From Lobosporangium transversale (lineage: Eukaryota): 64,000 bases of DNA. A model generated the notes under the pieces. It ran no database searches. It worked only from the letters and a program-made list of their open reading frames with translations, and was not told the DNA's origin. The stretch covers positions 1-64,000 of the forward strand of contig NW_019029004.1 in NCBI RefSeq assembly GCF_002105155.1, in the 5' to 3' direction. Numbering within the stretch: position 1 is the first letter of the stretch; every line of letters begins with the position of its first letter. A program made the position numbers and the translations under genes. Shown here one piece after another: positions 15,038-28,678 of this stretch.

Positions 15038-15218
15038 CAGTACGGGTCATTGGAACTTGGGACACTAATTGGCGCGATTCTCACGTGATCATGCTGCTTT
15101 ACCACGCATCAAGGGTGGAAGAACTCTTTTACGTGTCATTGAGCTTTTTGAACGCAGTACGATTCGTTATTTTTTATTTTTTATTTTTTTTCCTCACATT
15201 CTCATAATTATAATAAAG

Positions 15219-18154
15219 ATGTCAACTGGAGAATTACCACTGGAATATATCCTTCGCCGCTCTGTGACAGATGGTTTTGTTCAACGGGACGACCCTGAAT
15301 TAGAACGATTAAGACATTCAGGCACTACGAATACAGTGAGGAAAGGAGGTTCTTTTGGATATGACGGTGGTCTTGACAGTGAAACCGACAGCAGTGACGA
15401 TGCCAATCATTCTCAGAAGAAACTGCCATTATCAAGGGATCCTTCTATATATTATCAAAAGATTGGTCTTGCTTCTACTACTAAACATGTCTCACCCAAC
15501 ACAAAGGCAAATGCAAAGGCAGCAGCAGCAACGGTCGAAGGATCTTATGTCTTCAATACCATCAACAACCGTCGCAATTCACAGACCTCTAGATTATCTG
15601 CTGGCATTAATGGATCATTAAGTTCACATTATCGACCACCACCTCGAGGTTATGGTCTGACCGAATATTCAACATCTGAGGAAGAGGAAGAAGAAGAAGA
15701 AGAGAAAGATCAAGACAGTTTTACAGATGAGGATGAATATTATTTTACAACAGACAGTGAAGACGAGGCTTCCCCTGTAGTACCAAATCGTACTGCAAAG
15801 TCAGGAGCACTTCCTGGTCCTGTAGATCGTAACAAGCTGGAGCTAGCTCACTATGTAGCACATATTACTGGTCGAATGGATCCATGGGATCTCAAGTTAC
15901 AACAATTACAGGAAGAGGGAAAGGTACGACTAGGAAAACAAATGGCAGAAAAAAAAAGAGTCTCTTTTATGTTGCTATGACATTCTTGAAGGAAAGTACA
16001 CATTGAAAAATCTTCTCATCTGAAAAACAACAACAACAACAACAATCTATTATTACATTGCACAGGAAATTGCACCACGGATTGCAGAAAAGATCACACA
16101 AGATTTCAAGCAACTTGATACGAACCATAGTAAGACAGCTGGAGTTTATAACATATCAGGAGACCATCAAGATATTGCACAGCGACTTAAAGCTATGACA
16201 TTGGAGACTGAGGCGATTAAAGAACAACGAAAGAAGGAGATTGATGCTAGGAACCAAGCTATGACGGAGGTTAGTAGAACTCAGCGCAAGCATATTTATT
16301 TTCTATGTGGGAAGCCAATGAATGAGCGTACGGGGATAAGGCGGATAGAGCATAATATACTTACGATACAATCAAATGACTTTTTTATCTTTTATTTTTA
16401 ATTTTTATTTTTATTTTGTTTTATTTATTTATTTTTTTTATTTTTTATTTTATTTTATTTTATTTTAATTTATTTCATTTTATTTTATTTTTTATTTTAT
16501 TTTGTTTCATTTTATTTTATTTCATTTTATTTTATTTTATTTTTTTTGTTCGGTATGATAGCAAATTGAAGCATGCTTGGCTCAAATCAAGGAGGAGAGA
16601 GAAACCGCGATTCGAATTCGTGAGCAGGCACTCAAAGAAGAAAAGGAGGCAAAGGAGAGGGTTGCTAAAGAAGCTGAAGAGAAAAAGAAGGCAGAGGCAG
16701 CAAAGAAAGAGGCTCAAGTGAAGGCGGCTGCGGATGCTGCTGCTGCTGCTGCAGAAAGTGCCAAGAGGGCTGCGGTAGCGGCAGCAGAGAAAGCCTCTGC
16801 AGAATCCAGTGCTATCTTTGTAAGCGAAGCAGCTAGAGAAGAATATGGGCGCTACTCCCAGATACTAGAGCACATCAGGACCAAGGTCTTGCCTACAGTG
16901 ACGAACAATCCTGCTATAAAGAAATTCTGTTTTGGGGCTCGACGAGATATTGTGGCCTCTATTGGTCAACTTATTAACAAACAAGAAGAGGTCTATCGTG
17001 TTGTAAGTTGCCCATTATGTGAATATGAAAAAAGCTTTGGCCTTTTTGATACTTGGAAGATACTGTTGGGGCTCATTTTTTTTTTTTTTTTTTTTTTTTT
17101 GCTTCTATTTCTTTTCTTTAGGCGACGGAAATTAATAACTATTTCAAAAAGACTATGAGCAACAGTCAGGATGCCTACTTTTGGGTGCTGAACTGTACAG
17201 CCAAGAAACTTGTCGTATGTCCTGTAAAACTTTACTGCTCTATTATCCCATTCCTTCCTTTCTACTTCTCTCTTTTTTCTTGTTAATTTTTTTTTATTTT
17301 TTATTTTTTTTATTTTTTACCCCGCTGGCTACCAATCAGAAACAAGCAGAAACAGAAGCATTAGTCAAGTCGGCGCCTACATTCCCACTGGCGTATGTTG
17401 CTGTACTGCTGTTCATGGATCACCCACAGTTCTTAGATGTGCTTATGTCCCGCTTTGCAAAAAAATGCCCTTATGTAACACCGATATACATCCAAAAGGG
17501 TCCGGTATGTGGAAGCTTTATTTTATTTTATTCTTTTTTATTCTTTTTTATTTCATGAATTAACCATGATGTTTTGCTCTTTATATATACATATAATATC
17601 TGCAACATATAAAAGAATGATACATCGGATGAATTTTTGGCAAAGCTAGGGTATAAGAAGAGTGGGAAAGGTTTCGAATCTGAGGCTCAATACAACGCTA
17701 GACAATGCGCAATGTTTACGCTTTATTGTGCAATTATGCAGACTACGCCAGCAGGTAATGCATGGAGCAAACTCTTCTAATATTAAGTTATATCTTATTC
17801 TTATCTTTATTTATTTATTTATTTATTTATTTTTTATTTTTTATTTTAATAGTCGGTAGAAACATTCATTCGATGTCGCATGCATGGACCTGGATGGCGC
17901 GCATTTTGAATATGCCACCTCGACCTATTACTCCATCATTGATCACGGTTTTCTTGGAAGTTTGTGGAAACAGCTACCTGAGTAATTATAGACAGCAAGC
18001 TCATAAAGTTCTTCGACTGCTTAAAAATGAATTTATTGCTATGGTCCCAAAGCAAGGAATTGATGGAACCACACGACTTTTAACCTTATTGGAAGACTAT
18101 GCAAAAAGTGGTGGCCAAATCCCTATAGCAGAAGGTCGTAATTTTGACCGCTAG
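15219..18154 (+). CDS. GLE1: mRNA export factor / nucleoporin Gle1 (multi-exon)
   Basis: Low-complexity acidic N-terminus and a coiled coil, then the GLE1 domain: WVLNCTAKKLV|KQAETEA, FPLAYVAVLL, RFAKKCPYVTP, LGYKK and AWTWMARILNMPP..FLEVCG. Confidence 0.88.
16381..16550. repeat. Degenerate (TTTTA)n microsatellite inside a GLE1 intron
   Basis: Repeated TTTTA/TTTA units visible directly. Confidence 0.85.
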
Positions 18155-18176
18155 GTGATACCACAAACTTTAATAA

Positions 18177-18215
<39 letters not shown>

Positions 18216-18362
18216 GGATTTTAATTTATTTACGGAAAGACTATGAAGATGTGAAAATACAAAGAATTTAAATGACATGCAGGAGTAAGAAGAAGAAAAG
18301 AAAAATTTTTAAAAAAAAGGTGCAGTGATGATGGCAATGTGAGCAACAATTTGAAAAACTTT

Positions 18363-19715
18363 TTAGTAAGGCTTGAAACGTTTGTTAGCTTTAAGTGCTT
18401 CGATCCTAATCTTATCTTCCTCGAACTTGCGACGCAACTCGACCAATTCTAATAAAAAAAAGGGGGGGAAAAAAAAATAAGAAAATGTTCAGTTACCAGT
18501 CCAGGTTTTTTTTTTTTTTTTTTTTTTTTTAAAGAAAAAAAAAAGAACCTTACTGTCGCGTTTAGCCTCACGCATCTGGAAGCGGTAAAAGTCCTGAAGT
18601 TCTTTCTTCTTGGGTTTGATCTTCTTTGCATCTTCAGATTTGATGGCCTGAACTCTGATGACTCCATCGGTATTATAGCCTTTGTTTCCAGCACTAGTCA
18701 CAAGAGTAAATCCATCCTCATCCATGGCATTCAATCTTGCCAATGCTGCCTGTTCAGCTTCATACTCTGACCGCTCAAACTTATCCATATATTCATCCAC
18801 CTTGGCTTGCAATGATGCATGATCTGGTCGCATTCTGTGATAGTCGTTGATCCATTCTATTTCAGTATATAGGAGAAAAAAAAAAAAAAAAAAAAAAAAA
18901 AGAGGTAAAAATTAAAAATTGAAATCTTGATCCTTGTCATCCAGAGAGCTGGATATGACGTTTATATCAATAAATGAATAAAATAGTAATCGTAAACACA
19001 CACAAAAAAAAAACATACTTGCGACACCCAAGGTTGATAGTTTGGAAACATCATCGCCAATCCAAGTCCTCTTTTTCTTCTTCATGTTCAAGACTTTGGT
19101 TACTTCTTGTTCCTCCAAAAAGACTACATATGCCTGCGCTCCAGTTGTCAACAACCTCCTGTGTGTAATTTTGTCACTCCCATTCTGTGCCCCTGCTCCT
19201 AACCCTGATCCTGATGTAGACGTTGATGCTCCTTTCTTTCCTTTCTTTTTGCTTTCGTTTTTAGCATTCTCTAATGCCTCTGCTTCTTGTTCCAATCTTT
19301 CCAATTCTTCCTGTTGTTCACGTTCTTCTCTTGTCATCTCCGTCATATTGTTATTATTATCTCGAATTTTGTTGATGAAATAAACAGAGATGACTCGTCC
19401 ATAGGGTTTGAATAATTCCCGGATATGGGCTTCAGTTGAATCAATTGGGAGGTTCAAGACAAATAATGTCCTATTCTTGGGTGTCTTTGAGTCCTCCTTG
19501 GGAGATTCATGCTTCTTGAAATAAAGATAGTGTAGGACGTTCTTGTAGGTTGCTGAAATATGAGAGGAGGAGGAGGTAGCAGACGAAGTAGTGACGGCTG
19601 GCATGTGTATTGGAAGAATATAAAAGTTGGCAATTTGGTCCAACAATGCATCGGATGCAGACGATGACTTGTTGGAATCCTCAGTCAATGACTTTTTGGA
19701 CTTTTTGGACACCAT
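18363..19715 (-). CDS. RRP7: Ribosomal RNA-processing protein 7
   Basis: HYLYFKKH, RTLFVLNLPIDSTE (RRM-like), DEDGFTLVT, LQDFYRFQMRE and C-terminal LRRKFEEDKIRIEALKANKRFKPY*. Confidence 0.95.
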
Positions 19716-19921
19716 TGTGGGGATTTTTTTTTATATTTTTTTTATTATTATTATTAGTTATTAGTTATTGAACAAGAAAAAAAGAAAAAGTTCTCTCAAA
19801 TCGAAGTACTTAGGTAGTGTGGTATGGACTTAAAAAAAAAAAAAAAGCAATAAACAGTTATTGAATGTGGCTTGGTATGACTGGCGAAAAAATTACATAT
19901 TATACATATTTGGGAAGAGTG

Positions 19922-21447
19922 TTATGCTGCGGTAGAACCATCATCAAATTTGATCCTGAGGATAAGGTGTTCCTTCTCATCATTCTGCTGCCCTTCGTCG
20001 TCCCTTTGTTGCTCCGTTTGCTCCTCTCGGGACTCTAGTATCAATTCAAGCACTCCAACTTGCTTGAGAATATTAATAACACGATTTAAATTATGTCGTC
20101 CTTCCTCCTCTAGTGGGAACTCCTATTAAAGGAAAAAATAAAAATAAAAATAAAAATAAAAAAAGGTGAGATGAGTTCTCAAAGTATAGAAGTTATACCT
20201 TCACTTAGCGTGAGGATTTTTTTCTCTTTACCTTTAATAACTCCTTGTGGTATATTTCATTTTGGGGGCTTTCTCCCAACAACTCTAGTACTCTGACCAT
20301 AGTGATGCCTATGCTACCTTCAGGGAAAAGCTGTTTGCAAAGGATTCTCATTTGTGCTAGTTTCCTAGTCTTTTCTCTACCCAGCTTATTCAACTCATTG
20401 TCGGTCTAAAGTAATGGCAGGTCGTAGATGAATAATGATTAAAAAAAAAAAAAAAAAAAAAAAAAAGACCTACTATGATTTGGTATAAAAAAAGAGAATA
20501 CTATAGTTCGCCATTACCTTTGTCTGTCGAGAGTCAACTTCTCTCAGATATGCTGATGAAAGGCGTCCAAATGCTTCCTCATACGCACTCTTATCCCGGG
20601 GATCCACCAGGAGCTCTCTCTGAAGCACTTCCTCTAAGCGATGATAATGACCGGAGTACATGGACCATAGCGCACCTAAAAAAAAAAACGAAAAAAAAAA
20701 AAAAAAAAAAAAAAAAAGCTCGGATCAAAATCACAGTTCAACTACGAAAGAAAAAAAAAACAAGTTCCACTGATATCAATGAGATATCCTACTTGGGCTG
20801 AATCTGTCTTGACTATTTGAATGACTATGCTGAGCCTCAGTTTTGTGCTTGAGCTCATTAAGAATATTACGTTTCTCCTCGATTCTTTTTTGAATTATCT
20901 CAAGTTCCTGATCCCTCTTCAAGACTTCTCTGTTGCGTTCTTGTTCTATTATGCTCAACTCTCGTGACTCATTAGATGGATCACGTCGCAATCGTTTTGT
21001 GGGTCTATTAGCATGGTTGTTGTCATTGTTGTCGCTAGTTGGACGTGATTTTTCCAATGCCTCAATTCTATTGGCAATCTCAGCGAATTCCTGTCGCTTT
21101 TGCTCTATGACTTGATCAAGCTCTGTGACGCTCCTACTCAGTTCCTCCTTTCGTCTTGTCAACGATTGTAATCTCTTGATGTTGGAAAGACCCGATCGGA
21201 GAGATTTTTGCCGGTGTATTCGTTGTTCAGCTTTTGCCTCCTCTGCTTGTACTTGTTGTGAGAGTTTGTATTCTTGAGCCTCTAACTCATAGATTGATTG
21301 AGTGGCTTTTTGGCTCAATTTGAAGAGTTCGGGTTCAATTTCTCGAGCCACTTCAACCTGTGCATTGGCGATATCTTCTTCAGAGACTAGTTCGTATTCC
21401 TAATTACATCCAGAAAAATATGAGGATAACATATAAGGAACAAGGCT

Positions 21448-21486
<39 letters not shown>

Positions 21487-21907
21487 TGCCCATAAGATCA
21501 TCATAAAAGAAAGGGCTTCTATATACCTTTGTATGGGATGTGATTGTTTTGAGCCTGGAGTATCCAGATGTTGCTTGGTCCAGGAGTGATACAGTTGATA
21601 TCAGCTTTTTTTTTATTTTTTTTTTTATTATTGCAATAGGGGCACATGTATTTTCAATGTTAATACCTTGTTGGTCATATCGGAAGAAGAAGAAAAGAGG
21701 GTGCCATCTGCCATTGGTCATGTAAATGCATCCAGAGGCTCACTATTTTACCAGCTGAGTTGATCTTTCCAATGTAGAAACGCATCTTCGAAGCGAAGGA
21801 AGGTGAGGCAATCCATTGCTGTTTGGACCTATGGTCCTGCGAGTGGGTTGATAAGATGTAGAGCCATTAGCAAGTGTTCCGGCATACCCCTGTCTCGAGT
21901 AGTCCAT
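19922..21907 (-). CDS. SPC19: DASH/Dam1 complex subunit Spc19-like protein with a long C-terminal extension
   Basis: Spliced N-terminus LRRCVSTLERSTQL|LISTVSLLDQATSGYSRLKTITSHTK|EYELVSEEDIANAQVEVAREIEPEL matches the Spc19 pattern; followed by a coiled coil and further exons ending ...DDGSTAA*. Confidence 0.72.
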
Positions 21908-22264
21908 CGCCCCAATTCCAGTTTTGATGTGTCTACAAATGACCACGCGTTTTGCTTTGCAATGACCAAGGAAGAAAAAATAAAAACGTGGACAGCACAG
22001 GTCATTCTCCATTTCTTTTTCATCGACGTCACATGGTCAGTTTTTATTTCTTTCCCTCCCCTTTTCTACTTTTCTACACAGCAAGACTTTTTTTTTTTTA
22101 CTTCTTACACTCTTAAAAAAGCCTTCTCATACCCGTCGTATTCACAACAGCAGTAATAGTATAAACCCAATTCACTCTCATTCACTTACTCTAATTACTC
22201 ACTTCACTTTTATACTCCACACTTTACACTTTATACTTTACTATAACACTAAACATACAAAACC

Positions 22265-22563
22265 ATGGACTCAGCTGGTGGCTCTGAACTCTTTGAAAGC
22301 TATGAACAGGACTTTGAGGCTATCAGAGTCTCTATCAATGAGCGACTCAATGCTTCTAGTGGCCAAGTTGGAGGTAAAAAAAAAAATAAAAAATAAAAAA
22401 TGACGCACCATCCATGGCTTTACCTTACTTGCGTGTTTTCCATCAGATATTTTTACACTGCTTCACAGCTTTATTACTCGTAGTCTTTTGTCTTCATTGT
22501 TGTTGTAGCCAAAGGAAGATTAACTACTTCATATTTCAAAGTATGTGTTTGCAACTGACCACC

Positions 22564-22597
<34 letters not shown>

Positions 22598-23841
22598 CAC
22601 CAATTTTCTGATTTAGAAATTAAAAAACAAACTCTTCGGGCTGCAGATCGTGAGATCGATGAGGCAAATGAGATTGTATGTGGACTGATATGGATACATC
22701 TACTGATGAAAGAAAAAAAAGGGATAAAAAAGATTTCTTTCTCCCTAACTTCGAGTATTTTTTTTCTATTTTCTTTTTTCACATGGGGTTACTTTAGTTG
22801 CAGCAAATGGAAATGGAACTATTGAACCTCCCTCAAGCCTCCAGGACTCGTCTGCAAGGTAGACTTCGTGGATACAAAACCGAACTAGACCGCTTGAAGC
22901 AAACTCTTGTAAGGCCCAATAATGGCAAGATTTTTTTTTTTTTTTTTTTTTTTTGCATCATCGCTTGCAATCTAGTTTTAGCCTGGAACAACCAACAACT
23001 CAATTGCTTACTGGAGATTTCTATTTCTAATCGTTTCATTATATTTGACCATGGATAGAAACGCGCACAGTCAACCTCAAGGTCAACATCAGACAGGGAT
23101 GAGCTTCTGGGAGGCGTCAGTGGAGGAATGGACTTGGATGCAGCATCAATGGATCAACGCACACGTCTCTTGAATGGTACAGACAGGCTTGCAGAAAGTA
23201 GCAGACGTCTGCAGGACAGCCATAAGATTGCTCTCGAAACAGGTATGTATAGTTCATGATTGAGCCAAAATTATTGAAATTCATTTGGCATTTCAATTCA
23301 GGATACTTTTGACACCTTGGAGCATTTTTTATTTTATGTTTTATATTTTGTCAACTAACGCCCAAGGTTTAACATTAATGGCTAATGCTTTTTATGATAA
23401 TAGAACAATTGGGTGCAGGAATCCTGACAGACTTGAGAGGACAGCGAGAACAAATCATCCATACTAGGAACACTGTAATGAAATTGGCCGGCAAATTATA
23501 CTTTGCTTTTTTGGAAATGGGACTGTTTTACACTTTAGAGTATCTCTGACTTTTTTTTTTTTTTTTTTTTTTAATTCTTACAACGATAGTTGTTGGAAGC
23601 CGATTCAAATATCGACAAGGCATCACGCACACTAAAGGGCATGGCTCGTCGGTAAGTAAGCTCTTGATCAGATCATTAACAAGGAAAAGCGTGGTGTCGA
23701 TATCTAATTAAGCTCTTACAATGTTTTTTTTTTTTTTTTTCTTGTTATAGTATGGCAACAAACAAGCTCATTACGGCAGCGATCATCATTGTCCTTGTCT
23801 TCCTTATCCTCTTTGTCTTGTATCGCAAGATTTTTGGATAG
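22265..23841 (+). CDS. VTI1: Qb-SNARE Vti1 (multi-exon)
   Basis: MDSAGGSELFESYEQDF, EIDEANEI|LQQMEMEL, DQRTRLLNGTDRL..S..IALET|EQLGAGILTDLRGQREQI, and C-terminal TM (NKLITAAIIIVLVFLILFVLYRKIFG*). Confidence 0.95.
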
Positions 23842-24037
23842 TCGTCAAAGTCTACAGCTATTACCCATTCCTTTTCTTTTTATTTTATCTCTATTTCCTG
23901 TACATACGTACAAATTACATGTATGACAGACATTCACGTATGAATAAATTAAAATTAAAAAAGGTCCGCTCAAACATTTTTACTTCTAATCTCTTTCTTT
24001 CATCCCCCACCATTCTCTAATATATTTCTAATTCATC

Positions 24038-24838
24038 ATGTCCGAGATCAAGGTCTTCTCCAAAGCCGACTTGGCTCAGCATGCCACCAGAGACAGCCTT
24101 TACCTTGCTATCGCAGGGAAAGTCTATGACTGCACCAGCTTTGTTGATGAGGTGTGTCTTTGTGATCTCACTGCTTTTTTTTTATTAAATGGCGACACCG
24201 GACAAATCAATCCCATTGCAAAAAAAAAAAAAATTTAGCCCCAGGAGTACATCTTGTTTATTACTTGATTGTATCACAAGCCGAATCAATCATGTAGCCA
24301 GCACTTGGCTATTCTGACCCCACACACACCAGGTCTTTTTTTTTTCTGATTGATTCAGATATCGCCTATCTTTTTTCGATTTTCTGGTTTCAATTGATCA
24401 CTAAATTCATGATTATCATTAAATATTTTTAGCACCCTGGTGGAGAGGAAGTTATGTTTGATGAAGCAGGCAAGGATGCCACCGAATCTTTTGAAGATGT
24501 TGGACATTCCGAGGAGGCTCGTGAGCTTCTGCAAAAGATGTATATTGGAGAATACAAGAACGACGTAAGAGGCCTCTGTTTTTTTTTTTTTTTTTTTTTT
24601 TATTCTCATCAACTTTAGCTTGATCTGATAACGGTAAAATAATTATCAATAATATCGTTCTCATTTCTTTTTTTGAAACTTATCTTTGATTCAGGATTCT
24701 TCACAGAAGACCAAGGCTCCTTCGATGACCCCGAAGCCTATTCCTGCAAGTGACAACTCGGAGTCTGGAAGGTTCGTTTCATGGGTCAAAGGCTTCTTTT
24801 AGACTACAGAAAAAAACGCACATACACACACGCACACA

Positions 24839-24881
<43 letters not shown>

Positions 24882-25301
24882 ATTCTGCACGAGGGCATAA
24901 TAACACCACAGCGCCTTTGCCTTTCATGTTTTACGTGATCAATGGAGAAAAATGAATACAGAGTGCATATTTCGCCGTTGGGAAGGAGATATTGTATGTA
25001 ATCTCTATTTTATTTTATTTATTTTATTTTCCTTCCCATTACTCTTTATCTGTACAAAGCGAAGAGGACAACTTTTTTCTTTTTTGAAAATAGATATTAT
25101 ATTACATATTATTTTTTTGGTTTAAAGACCTATTGCAATAACAAAGTTTTTTTCTTTTTTTTAAAATAAGACTTGGCAAAGCTGTTTTACTACTTAAACA
25201 TCAGTTATCAAGTTCCTGGGAGATTTCTTTTTCTTATTGTAGCAGTTATCACTGTTATTTTTATTTCTAACCGAAAAAAGACAACATATTTGTCAGCATA
25301 A
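24038..25301 (+). CDS. CYB5: Cytochrome b5; last exon carrying the tail anchor is tentative
   Basis: [44 protein letters not shown] heme motif. A phase-compatible candidate last exon at 25205-25301 encodes [25 protein letters not shown]. Confidence 0.85.
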
Positions 25302-25384
25302 ATCAACACTTTAAAAAGAGAAATGGTAAAATATATATTTATATATATCTATATCGATAACTGACGAACTTTTCTGCACTCTCT

Positions 25385-25415
<31 letters not shown>

Positions 25416-25767
25416 CTTTGCCCACTCATGGATATAATTTGATACGACATGGCCTGACTCAACATTGTTTTTTCATGCTCAATTGTCATCACGCCATTTG
25501 CATCATACATATCTGTATATACAGCGGCACCCCGTACATTCTTGGACTGGCTATTATTGCAGGCGCAGTCCTCTGGAAGTTCTTGCTTTAAAAAAGAAAA
25601 AAAAAAAATCTTGTGCTCGCGCTCAAACATTCTTTGTCATAGAAAATCATTTATCTCTGTTTGAACATACAAATATGAACGTAAATAAATAAAGCAATAG
25701 ACAACCTTCAATGAAGTCGCTCCAATTTCTTTCAACATTATATTCTTGTACAAGATAAAGCAATTTC

Positions 25768-25806
<39 letters not shown>
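25768..25806. repeat. (TAT)n microsatellite immediately after the noxA stop codon
   Basis: Perfect TAT run visible directly. Confidence 0.9.
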
Positions 25807-25807
<1 letters not shown>

Positions 25808-25808
<1 letters not shown>

Positions 25809-27496
25809 TAAAAGTGCTCTTTCCTGAACGAGAATTTGACACCGTTCTTGCTATGGACCCTACATTCCTTTCTCAAAGCCTTGGCCATTGCGCCTGGCCC
25901 ACAAAAGAAGACAGCGACATCTACCACAAGTTCTTGATTTGCACCTGGCAAGTAGGTGCCATCAGTGATGCCTTGTCTCAAATCTGTAAAGATGGCCCCA
26001 AAGTTAGGACGCCCAAAATTGGTGAGTGCCTGCAAGCCCGTGATGGTATCTCCGCCTGTGTACTCATCCTGCATATGAAGTGCAATATTGTGGTGCTGAT
26101 CAGGTTTCATGACTGCAGTACAATAGATATTGATCTTGAGCTTGACGTTCAACATCGATTGTTCGATCGTCGCCAACAATGACTGGAACCATTTGAAGGA
26201 GGCCAAATCTCTAGAGACCCAGTAAAACTCGACACGTCGGGTTTTGAGAGGCATATTGTTATTGGCACGGTACCAGATGTCACGCAAGATACTAGCAAAT
26301 GGCGTCACACCGATACCAGAGCCGACCAGGACCACAATCTCATGATCAAAGACATCCTCTGTAGGTGCTCCAAAGGGTCCGTCGATCTGGACCTTTGGCA
26401 TAGCAAATCCTGCTCGTACACGAATTTCCTGTCCTCGATCATCAACAAGCTCAAGATTCTTCTCGGGACGTGGGTTTCCAGCCTGAGCACCGCGCCCTGC
26501 TCCTTTCCCTGCCCCAGCACCATCCCGTTTACCCCCACGTTCCTCTCTCTCAACACCCAAACGAGTTCCGAGAGCACGGGTCCAGTCACCGACCTGGCGG
26601 ATATGAACTGAGACATAGTCCTCAAAGGGTGATGATGTGATAGTGAAAGGATGCCATTGGTATTTGCTAACGTCAGGTACGTTGATGAACATGTATTGAC
26701 CAGGTTTGTAAGAGAACGAGGGCTTTTGAATCTGCAACTCAATGACTCCAGCAGGGTGTTGAATGGCCTTGACCAAGCGAGTGTCCAGACGAGCACGGTA
26801 AAAGCGAATGCCTCGCTCGATAACATAGAGCACGTATCCGATCGCCAAATATTGATAAGAATCATAACCTCTGCATCTGCCATGTTGATCCTTGACAATA
26901 CATCCAATACCATGGAACATCAGGGCGCCCAACATGATGAATGCCAGATGATGAGTATACCAAAAGGATTCGAATGACTTGTGGCGTTGAGTCTGTTTTG
27001 CAGTGGTGTACATGAGCGCCATGCAGAGCAACATGATGTGCCCAGTGATACCTGCAGGGCTTTTGTAAAGGAGTTCAGCTGCTGTCAAGTTAAAAGGGCC
27101 AGTGGGGTTCTGTCGATAGAGTCGATCCATCTTGTAAAAGTTGACATAATGACCAATGGTATGGACGATTGTGCAGAAGAGGATGGAGTATGCGGTGATC
27201 TTGTGGAACCAAATGTTCTCATCAATGGGAATCAACTTGTTGATGAAGGATACACGGAGGATACGGAGGATATTACGGCAGACAGGGAGCAAGATGAGAC
27301 AACAATCCCAGATAAGACACATGCCTCCACCACGGGCGACCCAGAGAGACCAGTTGAGGGGTGCATTCAGGTTGATGAGGTCATCGTTCAATTTGACACG
27401 AAGGACACCAAAGATGAAGAGAATAACATGGAGGATAAACCAGATGATGAAGAATGCGTAGCGACGTGTTGTCCACGTCTCAAAGGCTTTGAACAT
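25808..27496 (-). CDS. noxA: NADPH oxidase, gp91phox-like NoxA/Nox1 (562 aa, intronless)
   Basis: Ferric-reductase TM helices with heme His (ENIWFHK..HTIGHYVNF, FWYTHHL), FAD motif QWHPFTITS, IDGPFGAP, GSGIGVTPFASIL, FFCGP and terminal FRKEHF; no EF-hand or long N-terminal extension. Confidence 0.95.
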
Positions 27497-28203
27497 TTTT
27501 TTTTTCTCTTCCTTTTTCCTTTGAGATTAGTTAGTTGTTCAGTAAGCAATGGGTTGTGGAGAGAAGAATAGGGAAATTGGGTATTACAAGAGAATCTTAT
27601 GTACAATGTTGTGTTACAGAACAAAGAGAGGGAAGGGACGTTATGTAGGTAGATGCAAGAAAGGGAGGGGAAGGAAGATGAATGAGGAGGAGGAGGACGG
27701 AATGGGAGATGAGGGATGAGGAATGAGGAATGAAGAGGTTGGTGAGAATGGTTCTTTATAAAGAAGAGAAAGAGAAAGAGAAGGAGAGAATGAGACAAAG
27801 AAAGTTGTTCAGGACAAAAAAAAAAAAGGTTTGTAATTTTGGGCTTATTTTTAGTCTGAACGGAAATGTCGAGACTCCAATGGGAGAATGAGACAATGAG
27901 GGGAAAGAATGTTGTCTCTCTTTTTTCCGACTGTTGCCTAGATTATCGATGTCCAATTGCTTTTTGCTTTTGAAACATGGTATCCATTGGTGAATATCCA
28001 ATCCATTCGAGCAAATGATACGAACAAAACAGAAGAAGGATAAGAAAATACATGTCATTTTTTTTTTAATACATTGATAAATGAGAAAGAGTATACAGAA
28101 GAGGATCTCACATCATCTTGGTCATACAAACACCAATGAAGAATGAAAGAGTGGAGTGAAGTATTTTTTTTTTTAATAACCTGGCTCTCAATTCATTCTA
28201 CTC

Positions 28204-28236
<33 letters not shown>

Positions 28237-28624
28237 GCTCCCTGCGCCTAGAACGAAATCAAGTATTCTTTTTCTAATTTCAATTTCTTTAATTGAACAA
28301 AAAAAAAAAAAAAAAAAAAAATGTTGATTCAACGCCAGATTTATTTTTCCGCTGTGCCCACCATCAGACAGGAAACGCCAACAACAACAAGATACTGTAC
28401 AGAACAAAATAGAAATAGAAATAGAAGTAGAAATAGAAATAAAGATATATAAAGGAAGAATGGTTTTTTTTTTACCACCTTGGGTCTGAATCTGCAGTTA
28501 TACTCAGCCATAGAATGAAAAAGACAGATCCAGAACACTATGCGACCAGTCCAGGGCTCTTTCCAGACCGAACATCCCTCTTTATCAACCATCGAATTAT
28601 CATGTACCTTGGGGCTGAAAGTCT

Positions 28625-28678
<54 letters not shown>

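Noticed and set aside
25349..25630. 93-aa minus-strand ORF between CYB5 and noxA
   Set aside because: No motif, built partly from homopolymers, and no convincing splice context.
25814..27571. Several overlapping ORFs (122, 202, 108 and 196 aa)
   Set aside because: Shadow frames of the noxA CDS.
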